Source: a virus
Virus record (IMG/VR): IMGVR_UViG_3300045988_070924
Coordinates: 1-64,000 of that record
Length of the DNA stretch: 64,000 nt
Direction: 5' to 3' (one strand)
Part shown: positions 13,855 to 20,060 of the stretch, piece after piece
Position numbering within the stretch: the stretch's first letter is position 1
Layout of the letters: each line of letters starts with the position of its first letter
The notes under the pieces: generated by a model
The model's database searches: none
Told to the model about the DNA's origin: nothing
What the model saw: the letters and a program-made list of their open reading frames with translations, nothing else
Made by a program: the position numbers and the translations under genes

Positions 13855-15506
13855 AGTGGAATGACCTTACAATGAAGGAAAGGTCAGACTTGATGAGCCT
13901 ATTTCTGAAAGCAGGAGTAGGCTCTTTGTCTGATATGAAGCATATATATGATGGAACAAAAGACACTATACCTATGCAAACTGATGATAATGGAAATCTT
14001 AGAGACTCTGTTACTCCTACTACAGTTTCTGCATCTCTTTCTAGAGATGAATGGAATAATCTTTATGCACAAGGAAAAGTTTCTTTATCACAAATTCCTA
14101 GAAAATACCAATCTTGGATTGATGGGCAAAACTCTAAATTTAAGGCAGATATAACAAAGGCTATGCATAATGCTGGTGAGAACTATCTTATACCAGCATT
14201 TTTAACAGCCGCCACATTAAATCCTATAATAGGAGGAGCATCAGATATTGCAAGCATAGGTAGCCAAATTGCAACTGGAAATTTTACAGGAGCTGCAATA
14301 GATGCGGCTACTGCATTTTTACCAGAAGTTTTAGAAAAGCCTATTACGCAATTTTTAAGAAAAAGAAGATTTTTAAAAAATATTCCTAAAGTTCCTGATT
14401 TTAAAGGAAGTGAGAGTTCTGTCTACATAGTGGGGGATAGAGCATTTAAAATTACTGACCAAGGAATGGCACCTAATACCAAAGAAGAAGCAAAAAGAAT
14501 AGCTAAAACCTTTATGGATAAAAGAAACTCTATTCCTAATCAAGCACCTCTGAAATATGAAGGATTAGTTCCATCTCAAACACCTAAATTTGACAAAAAC
14601 GGAAATCCTTTGTACTATCCAGTTTTTTCTCAGGAGAAAATGCTGCCTTTCTCAAATGATATATCAGAGACAGAACAAGAATATATTATGAAAAAATTAG
14701 ATGATAGGATGAATCCATTTGGGTGGACCAGACAAGGAAGTGGATATGTACATCCTAGTGGGAAACATGTCAGTGATTTAAAGCCTGAAAATTTAGCTAC
14801 TGGAAATGATGGTAATATATATATTATAGATGGGGATGTTTGGGGCTACAAAAATGGCGGGTTTGTAGAGAATCCTCTTAAGTATAAATATCCAGATGGT
14901 GGAGATATAGAAGTATATGGTGGGGAAATAGCTCCTGCTGTAGTGAAACCATCTCCTGTGTTTGTTGATTTAGTAACATATCCTATAAGCAGAGCATATA
15001 AAATATCACATTCTGCTTTATTTTCAAATATCTCTAGAGACAGTACACAATCCGAAAAGGAGAATTTAAAACCTTTAATAATAGATAAAAGATTTGATGC
15101 TACATATAATCTTCTAACTAACAATTGTTCTGACTATACTGGAAGATTCCTAGAAAATGCACTACACTTAAAAGGGCTTACTAAAGGAATAACTACCCCT
15201 AAGGGATTATCAAACAAGATAAGAGAATATGCCTATAAGGGGGATATAAATATGATGGAAGATGCCAATTGGGATAATAGAAAAAAGAAATATACTGTAC
15301 AGAGCATAGAAATTCCTTGGTATGATTACAGAAAGGCAGAGGATATAGCAAGACAACAGTTATTAGAAGATTTGATTCAGAATAATAAACAATTATCTCC
15401 AAAGAGGATATCTAAACTAAGAGAAAGGTATAATAAAGATTTTCCAAAATTACAGTATTATATTGATGATAAGGGAAATGTGATTCATGAAAGAAATTCT
15501 TTTTAA
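13851..15506 (+). CDS. multidomain protein: Ser/Thr-kinase-like core plus C-terminal PPPDE-like (papain-fold) peptidase motif
   Basis: AFKI (VAIK-like), HVSDLKPENL (catalytic-loop-like), IIDGD (DFG-like). The C-terminal YNLLTNNCSDYTGRFL resembles the PPPDE/DeSI catalytic-Cys block. Confidence 0.5.
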   Translation: MKWNDLTMKERSDLMSLFLKAGVGSLSDMKHIYDGTKDTIPMQTDDNGNLRDSVTPTTVSASLSRDEWNNLYAQGKVSLSQIPRKYQSWIDGQNSKFKADITKAMHNAGENYLIPAFLTAATLNPIIGGASDIASIGSQIATGNFTGAAIDAATAFLPEVLEKPITQFLRKRRFLKNIPKVPDFKGSESSVYIVGDRAFKITDQGMAPNTKEEAKRIAKTFMDKRNSIPNQAPLKYEGLVPSQTPKFDKNGNPLYYPVFSQEKMLPFSNDISETEQEYIMKKLDDRMNPFGWTRQGSGYVHPSGKHVSDLKPENLATGNDGNIYIIDGDVWGYKNGGFVENPLKYKYPDGGDIEVYGGEIAPAVVKPSPVFVDLVTYPISRAYKISHSALFSNISRDSTQSEKENLKPLIIDKRFDATYNLLTNNCSDYTGRFLENALHLKGLTKGITTPKGLSNKIREYAYKGDINMMEDANWDNRKKKYTVQSIEIPWYDYRKAEDIARQQLLEDLIQNNKQLSPKRISKLRERYNKDFPKLQYYIDDKGNVIHERNSF

Positions 15507-15512
15507 AAAATA

Positions 15513-15544
15513 TTTGCATAATTCAAATTTTTTACTTACCTTTG
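15513..15544 (+). promoter_or_regulatory. Bacteroidota-type promoter
   Basis: TTTG (15513-15516), a 20-nt spacer, TACCTTTG (15537-15544). The ATG is at 15569. Confidence 0.65.
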
Positions 15545-15568
15545 TAGTACAATTTAAATAAAGAGAAG

Positions 15569-15805
15569 ATGACAAAGAAAAGATGGATTGCGCTTGCTAT
15601 TGTAGCAGTGGTAGTAGTTGGGTCACTTGGGCTTATTAAGCTGTTCCCATTCTGGGCTACACTTGCCTGCCTTGTTTCAGTGGTTGCTGGATTTGCAGCA
15701 GGTTATCTCTTTAAGAAAGATATTATCAAAGAGGTAGAAAAGGTAGTTGAGGTAGTGAAGGAAGTACCTGTAAAGGCAACAAAGAAAACTACTAAGAAGG
15801 CTTAG
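15569..15805 (+). CDS. small membrane protein with a lysine-rich tail
   Basis: 78 aa with two hydrophobic helices. Confidence 0.55.
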   Translation: MTKKRWIALAIVAVVVVGSLGLIKLFPFWATLACLVSVVAGFAAGYLFKKDIIKEVEKVVEVVKEVPVKATKKTTKKA

Positions 15806-15817
15806 GCCTTCTTATAC

Positions 15818-15890
15818 TGAAGGGTGGTGTAACGGTAAACATTCCTGTCTTTGAAACAGGTAGATGAAAGTTCGAGTCTTTCCCCTTCAA
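15818..15890 (+). tRNA. tRNA-Gln(UUG)
   Basis: Acceptor TGAAGGG/CCCTTCA, anticodon arm CCTGT-CTTTGAA-ACAGG, T arm GAAAG-TTCGAGT-CTTTC. Confidence 0.85.
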
Positions 15891-15913
15891 CAAACTAATA
15901 CCAACTATTATAT

Positions 15914-15986
15914 GCTCTCATCATCTAAAGGTTAGGATGCTGCCCTTTCAAGGCAGAAATGTTAGGTTCAAATCCTACTGAGAGTA
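15914..15986 (+). tRNA. tRNA-Glu(UUC)
   Basis: Acceptor GCTCTCA/TGAGAGT, anticodon arm CTGCC-CTTTCAA-GGCAG. Confidence 0.8.
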
Positions 15987-15990
15987 CCAT

Positions 15991-16064
15991 AGGCTATGGG
16001 TCTGCTTGGTGAAGATGCCACTCTGTCACAGTGGAGAAGATGAGTTCAAATCTCATATAGCCTG
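15991..16064 (+). tRNA. tRNA-Asp(GUC)
   Basis: Acceptor AGGCTAT/ATAGCCT, anticodon arm CCACT-CTGTCAC-AGTGG, T arm ATGAG-TTCAAAT-CTCAT. Confidence 0.85.
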
Positions 16065-16070
16065 CATATT

Positions 16071-16155
16071 GGAAGAGTAACTGAGTGAGACTCAGCCTTG
16101 TCTTGAAAACAAAGGGTACTCTGAGGGGTATGGGGGGCAGGACCTCACTCTTCCG
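16071..16155 (+). tRNA. tRNA-Ser(UGA)-like, class II, with a non-canonical D/T elbow
   Basis: Acceptor GGAAGAG/CTCTTCC, anticodon loop CTTGAAA, 5-bp variable arm TACTC/GGGTA. The D arm is CTGAG-TGAGA-CTCAG (no GG) and the T loop is GGCAGGA (no TTC). Confidence 0.55.
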
Positions 16156-16156
16156 C

Positions 16157-16351
16157 ATGGTAGAGATATATAGAAAGAAAGGTTGGGAATTAAATCCTAA
16201 TGACAAAGTTGTAAATGCTATTCTTAGGAGATGTGAGATGAATAATGGAGAATGTCCATGTCACAATAATTCAGTAGATAAACATTGTCCTTGTTCAGAT
16301 TATAGAGATAATGATATTTGTCATTGTGGATTGTATGTAAAAGGAGAGTAA
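16157..16351 (+). CDS. ferredoxin-thioredoxin-reductase catalytic-chain-like mini-protein
   Basis: 64 aa from the ATG at 16157. Carries the CPC-x8-CPC-x8-CHC cysteine signature (CPCHNNSVDKHCPCSDYRDNDICHC). Confidence 0.6.
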   Translation: MVEIYRKKGWELNPNDKVVNAILRRCEMNNGECPCHNNSVDKHCPCSDYRDNDICHCGLYVKGE

Positions 16352-16428
16352 ACCAGTAAGGTTGCTGGCTCTGTCTGCTAAACATGAGGTTCTCTTAGGG
16401 GGATATGTTTCAAGTACATTGCTCTCCG
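16343..16428 (+). tRNA. tRNA-Ser(GCU), class II
   Basis: Acceptor GGAGAGT/GCTCTCC, D arm CCAG-TAAGGTTG-CTGG, anticodon loop CTGCTAA, T loop TTCAAGT. The 5' end overlaps the stop codon of the preceding CDS. Confidence 0.7.
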
Positions 16429-16443
16429 CAATATGATTGTTAT

Positions 16444-16517
16444 AGGGAAGTACAATAATTGGTTAATTGGCTACATTTGGGATGTAGAAGATGAAGGTTC
16501 GAGCCCTTTCTTCCCTA
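16444..16517 (+). tRNA. tRNA-Pro(UGG)
   Basis: Acceptor AGGGAAG/CTTCCCT, anticodon arm CTACA-TTTGGGA-TGTAG. Confidence 0.85.
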
Positions 16518-16521
16518 CTTT

Positions 16522-16594
16522 GGGCTCTTAGTGATAATGGTTAGCACTTCTGCTTTGCAAGCAGAGAGTTGGGGTTCAATTCCCCAAGAGTCCA
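16522..16594 (+). tRNA. tRNA-Ala(UGC)
   Basis: Acceptor GGGCTCT/AGAGTCC with a G3:U70 pair. Anticodon arm TCTGC-TTTGCAA-GCAGA. Confidence 0.85.
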
Positions 16595-16626
16595 CATTTC
16601 TCATTTGTTTTTTTTTTAGTTGAAAC

Positions 16627-16700
16627 TGGGGTATAGCTGGAAGGTCAAGCAACAGACCGTTAATCTGTGGATGAAGGTTCAATTCCTTCTACCCCAGCCA
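16627..16700 (+). tRNA. tRNA-Asn(GUU) with C at position 33; encoded CCA
   Basis: Acceptor TGGGGTA/TACCCCA, anticodon arm ACAGA-CCGTTAA-TCTGT, T arm GAAGG-TTCAATT-CCTTC, 3' GCCA. Confidence 0.75.
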
Positions 16701-16703
16701 CTT

Positions 16704-16777
16704 GGGTCCTTGGTGTAATGGTAGCATAGAAGTCTCCAAAACTTTTGGTTAGAGTTCAAATCTTTAAGGGCCTGCCA
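16704..16777 (+). tRNA. tRNA-Trp(CCA); encoded CCA
   Basis: Anticodon arm GAAGT-CTCCAAA-ACTTT, T arm TAGAG-TTCAAAT-CTTTA, 3' GCCA. Confidence 0.8.
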
Positions 16778-16780
16778 TAT

Positions 16781-16853
16781 GGGTATGTCTTCTAATTGGT
16801 TAGGAAACCTGACTGATACTCAGGAAATGAAGGTTCAAGTCCTTACTTACCCA
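16781..16853 (+). tRNA. tRNA-Ile(GAU)
   Basis: Anticodon arm CCTGA-CTGATAC-TCAGG. One T-T mismatch in the acceptor stem. Confidence 0.8.
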
Positions 16854-16855
16854 CT

Positions 16856-16928
16856 GGTGTCTTTAGCTTAATGGTAGAGCGCTTGATTGTGGCTCAAGAT
16901 GATGTTGGTTCAACTCCAATAAGACACC
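16856..16928 (+). tRNA. tRNA-His(GUG) with encoded G-1
   Basis: G-1 pairs with C73. Acceptor GTGTCTT/AAGACAC, anticodon arm CTTGA-TTGTGGC-TCAAG. Confidence 0.85.
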
Positions 16929-16934
16929 CTGATT

Positions 16935-17007
16935 CTCCAGGTGGCAGAAAGGTTAATGCAGTAGTCCGCAAAACTACTTTGTGTAAGTTCAATTCTTACC
17001 CTGGAGT
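16935..17007 (+). tRNA. tRNA-Cys(GCA) with C at position 33
   Basis: 73-nt cloverleaf in the standard register. Acceptor CTCCAGG/CCTGGAG, anticodon arm GTAGT-CCGCAAA-ACTAC. Confidence 0.8.
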
Positions 17008-17011
17008 CTAT

Positions 17012-17085
17012 GCTTCCATAGCTGAATTGGTTAAAGCAACTGCCTCTTAAGCAGTGGACTGTAGGTTCAAGTCCTGCTGGAAGCA
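17012..17085 (+). tRNA. tRNA-Lys(CUU)
   Basis: Acceptor GCTTCCA/TGGAAGC, anticodon arm ACTGC-CTCTTAA-GCAGT. Confidence 0.85.
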
Positions 17086-17190
17086 CTACTTATTAGTAGT
17101 TCTATGAAAAGAGTAATTAAAACTGTAAAATGTGCCATGAGGAGATGGTCAGCTAGCTCATCTATGACACCTACAGGGATTATCCCATTT

Positions 17191-17208
17191 AAGGGATAAA
17201 CCCTTTTT
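17191..17208 (+). terminator. possible small intrinsic terminator after the main tRNA run
   Basis: AAGGG-ATAAA-CCCTT followed by TTT. Confidence 0.3.
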
Positions 17209-17286
17209 ACTCTAAAAGAACTTTCTTAAACACTATATATATTGGGAGTACTGCACAGATGGTGATGTGTACTGAAATGATGAAAC

Positions 17287-17673
17287 ATGTTTGAAAATGC
17301 AATAAACAGTAAGAAGCAGGGTGATATAGGAATGTGTTATGCATTAGCATATTTCTCCAAGATGGGGTATACTGTTAGTATTCCTATAACAGATTCACAG
17401 GACTATGATTTAATTATAGATAATGGAACTCTGCTTAAGGTACAAGTAAAAACCACTAAATGCCTTAATAAAGGAAAATACCAAGTGGCATTAAAAACAT
17501 GTGGGGGCAATAAAAGTGGACATGTCATTAAGAAATTTAGTGACAATAGTAGTGATTTATTATTCATATTAGATGATAATGGAAATATGTATCTAATACC
17601 TAAATGTGAAATACAGGGTAATACTGCTATACTTTTAGGAGAAGATAAGGAAAGATATAAAGTGTATCTATAA
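17287..17673 (+). CDS. PD-(D/E)XK nuclease, I-Ssp6803I-like homing-endonuclease family (tentative)
   Basis: KQGDIGMCYALAYFSKMGYTVSIPITDSQDYDLIID...KVQVKT matches the D...(D/E)xK layout of the PD-(D/E)XK group-I-intron endonuclease family. Confidence 0.55.
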   Translation: MFENAINSKKQGDIGMCYALAYFSKMGYTVSIPITDSQDYDLIIDNGTLLKVQVKTTKCLNKGKYQVALKTCGGNKSGHVIKKFSDNSSDLLFILDDNGNMYLIPKCEIQGNTAILLGEDKERYKVYL

Positions 17674-17680
17674 TTTCAAT

Positions 17681-17754
17681 GGAGACTTAACATTGGTGGT
17701 AAATGTGCTGGACTGAAAATCCAGAAAAGTGTGGTTCAACTCCCACAGTCTCCA
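17681..17754 (+). tRNA. tRNA-Phe(GAA)
   Basis: Acceptor GGAGACT/AGTCTCC, D arm ACAT-TGGTGGTAA-ATGT, anticodon arm CTGGA-CTGAAAA-TCCAG. Confidence 0.8.
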
Positions 17755-17776
17755 CTAAAAAAAACTTACAATTTTA

Positions 17777-17808
17777 TTTGGAAGTTTAAAATAAAATACT
17801 TATATTTG
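17777..17808 (+). promoter_or_regulatory. Bacteroidota-type promoter
   Basis: TTTG (17777-17780), a 20-nt spacer, TATATTTG (17801-17808). The ATG is at 17817. Confidence 0.6.
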
Positions 17809-17816
17809 CAGAAGAA

Positions 17817-18275
17817 ATGATAGGAGATTTACTTTTAGACCCTATACCAGCTCCTGGTCAGGCACCAAAAGATGGGGCTCCAGATACCTTCTCATTCTTT
17901 ATAAGTTTTATAAACAGACTTGAAGGATGGAAGACTAAATGTAAGAATCTTCACTGGGCAGCTCCAAAGAAGAATATTCATGTATATCTGGATGACTTTC
18001 TTGAAATTTTAAGTGACTATCAGGACTCTCTTGCAGAAGAGATGCAAGGAATACTTGGTCACATGGCTCCAAACAAGATAGTTGGAACTGAGAGTGACAC
18101 TCTTAATGCAATGGAGTTCATACTTGAGGTGAAGAACCTGACCCTTAAATTCTACTCATCAATTCCAGACTCAGTGGAATATGCAGGAGTAAGGTCAGAG
18201 TGTGAGACTTTCATTCACAACATATGGAAGTACAAGTACTTGTTTGAACTTTGTGATTCAACAAGAAGCTATTAA
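17817..18275 (+). CDS. Dps/ferritin-like protein
   Basis: NLHWAAPKKNIHVYLDDFLEILSDYQDSLAEEMQG parallels the Dps block HWNVxGxxFxxLHxxxxExxxxxxxxxDxxAER. Confidence 0.55.
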   Translation: MIGDLLLDPIPAPGQAPKDGAPDTFSFFISFINRLEGWKTKCKNLHWAAPKKNIHVYLDDFLEILSDYQDSLAEEMQGILGHMAPNKIVGTESDTLNAMEFILEVKNLTLKFYSSIPDSVEYAGVRSECETFIHNIWKYKYLFELCDSTRSY

Positions 18276-18285
18276 AAGAATTGTT

Positions 18286-18358
18286 GCCTTCTTAGCACAA
18301 CTGGTGGTGCAGCTGATTTGTAATCAGCAGGTTATAGGTTCAAATCCTATAGAAGGCT
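18286..18358 (+). tRNA. tRNA-Thr(UGU), canonical
   Basis: Acceptor GCCTTCT/AGAAGGC, D arm GCAC-AACTGGTG-GTGC, anticodon arm GCTGA-TTTGTAA-TCAGC. Confidence 0.85.
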
Positions 18359-18557
18359 CAAGGTGTCAGTAAATCAGACTGCAAGCTGAGACAGGCTGAA
18401 ACTCCTTAGTAATAATTGCAGCTACATAGTAGATTACATGAAGGAGGGTGCTGGAGAAGAAGGTAGACCAGTTCAAGAGAAGTACCAATAGATAAGACAC
18501 CTGTGGTGATGCAGGGAGTCCCTCTCAGAGGATAAAGTCACACAAAGCTTCTCAAAT
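18359..18557 (+). other. 199-nt non-coding spacer inside the tRNA array (candidate ncRNA or decayed tRNA)
   Basis: No ORF longer than 17 codons. Long-range pairing AGGTGTC (18361) with GACACCT (18496). Local hairpins CTGG...CCAG and CCTC-TCA-GAGG. Confidence 0.25.
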
Positions 18558-18629
18558 GCAGTATTGGTGTTAAGGGTAGCATAAGACTCTTCCAAAGTCA
18601 AGGTAACTGTTCAAATCAGTTATACTGCT
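18558..18629 (+). tRNA. tRNA-Gly(UCC)
   Basis: Acceptor GCAGTAT/ATACTGC, anticodon arm AGACT-CTTCCAA-AGTCA, T arm AACTG-TTCAAAT-CAGTT. Confidence 0.85.
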
Positions 18630-18639
18630 CAATAAAAAT

Positions 18640-18722
18640 TGCGGGGTGTCAGAAGTTGGTATCTGGGGAGTCTCATAAGCTCCTGCTTTTTAGCCTCGGG
18701 GGTTCGAGTCCCCCTCCCGCAA
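18640..18722 (+). tRNA. atypical tRNA with a CAU anticodon and a 14-nt variable region
   Basis: Acceptor TGCGGGG/TCCCGCA, D arm CAGA-AGTTGGTA-TCTG, anticodon arm GGAGT-CTCATAA-GCTCC, extra TGCTTTTTAGCCTC, T arm GGGGG-TTCGAGT-CCCCC. Confidence 0.6.
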
Positions 18723-18741
18723 CTGATTAATATTCAATATT

Positions 18742-18897
18742 ATGGGAGAAGATAAGAATGTTAAAATAATGTATGCCATCTATGGTGATACTATCAGGGA
18801 GATAGTAAAACAGTCTAATGAACTGGGCATACAGAGAGATGCTATTGTATCTCTTATTAAGGAAGGAGGTCAGTTTATCTTGACCTATTATGCTTAA
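18742..18897 (+). CDS. possible 51-aa ORF
   Basis: Read by eye: MGEDKNVKIMYAIYGDTIREIVKQSNELGIQRDAIVSLIKEGGQFILTYYA. Confidence 0.4.
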   Translation: MGEDKNVKIMYAIYGDTIREIVKQSNELGIQRDAIVSLIKEGGQFILTYYA

Positions 18898-18908
18898 ATT
18901 TCAAGGCA

Positions 18909-19178
18909 ATGGAAGAGAAGAATGTAAAGGAAGTTGCTCCTATTTCAGAGGAAGAGTTTCAGGGCTTACTTAGAAACACACTTAAACTTCACTACTTTGA
19001 GTGTGTCAAAAGATTTAAGTCAGTAAAGAGAGCCTTTAAGAAGGGATATATAACCAGCTTTGGTTATATTCTCCCAAAGAGACCTTTTAACAATAAGAAA
19101 CATACTAAAGGTAGAGAGGCTAATATTGAAAAGAAGAGAATTTGGGAAAGAATCACAGGTAAAAGAGTAATATGGTAG
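18909..19178 (+). CDS. hypothetical basic protein
   Basis: 89-aa ORF. Confidence 0.5.
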   Translation: MEEKNVKEVAPISEEEFQGLLRNTLKLHYFECVKRFKSVKRAFKKGYITSFGYILPKRPFNNKKHTKGREANIEKKRIWERITGKRVIW

Positions 19179-19387
19179 AACAAGATTTCAATAGTGAACC
19201 AGTATTTTACTGCAAGCATTGTCTATCACTTAACATTAAGTCAGTAGATGATTCTATAGATACTGATTATCTTGATTTCTGTGATGAATGTGGTAGTACT
19301 GAAGTTGGGCAGACTGATATACATACTTGGGAGAAAATGTATGAACAGAAGTATGGTAGGAATTTTTTAACAGGAGAAGAAGTATAA
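19172..19387 (+). CDS. zinc-ribbon protein
   Basis: CKHC...CDEC. 71 aa. Confidence 0.5.
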   Translation: MVEQDFNSEPVFYCKHCLSLNIKSVDDSIDTDYLDFCDECGSTEVGQTDIHTWEKMYEQKYGRNFLTGEEV

Positions 19388-19680
19388 TGGAAGAGAAAGT
19401 AAAAGCACAGGCACCTGAGCAGCCAAAGCAGCTCAGTTATGAGGAACTTAGGAACATAGCTGGACAGCTTCAACAGCAGAATATGCAGTTGAGAAGAGCT
19501 CTTAATGACCTCAACTATAAGAATATGTTTGAGAGACTCAATTACCTGTTCAAGGTTATGGAGTTCTCACATATGTTCAGTGATGAATTTGTAGGTAAGT
19601 GTGTAACAGAGATTGAGTCACTTATGACTATTCCTGAAGATACATCAGAGGATACTACTGAACCTAAAGCAGAGGAATAA
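19387..19680 (+). CDS. hypothetical coiled-coil protein
   Basis: 97 aa. ATGA start/stop overlap with the upstream ORF. Confidence 0.5.
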   Translation: MEEKVKAQAPEQPKQLSYEELRNIAGQLQQQNMQLRRALNDLNYKNMFERLNYLFKVMEFSHMFSDEFVGKCVTEIESLMTIPEDTSEDTTEPKAEE

Positions 19681-19682
19681 TC

Positions 19683-20060
19683 ATGAAGAAGCCTGACAGT
19701 GTAGTAATGGTTCCAGGCAATATTGATTCCTTCTTTAGAAAATGGTTTGAATTTCTTGAGCCATTCCATAGACTTACAGCAAGAGAAATGGATGTGGCTA
19801 CTGCATTTGTCAAGCAGAGATATAAACTAAGTAAGGTAGTTAAAGACCCAGATATACTTGATAAGGTATTGATGAGTGAAGATACCAAAAAAGCAGTGAG
19901 GGAGGAATGCAATATAACCCTTCCTCACTTTCAAGTGATAATGGGTAAACTTAGAAAGAATCAGATAATTGTGGATGGAAAGATAAATCCAAGATTCATA
20001 CCTAATATAGATGAAGAATCTGGTTCATTTAAGCTATTGTTATACTTTACATTGAAGTAA
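19683..20060 (+). CDS. hypothetical protein
   Basis: 125-aa ORF. Confidence 0.5.
   Translation: MKKPDSVVMVPGNIDSFFRKWFEFLEPFHRLTAREMDVATAFVKQRYKLSKVVKDPDILDKVLMSEDTKKAVREECNITLPHFQVIMGKLRKNQIIVDGKINPRFIPNIDEESGSFKLLLYFTLK

Noticed and set aside
18359-18557. The spacer as an intron-containing tRNA.
   Set aside because: An acceptor-like pairing exists, but no T arm (no 5-bp stem/TTCNANN loop before the 3' strand) or anticodon arm could be drawn.
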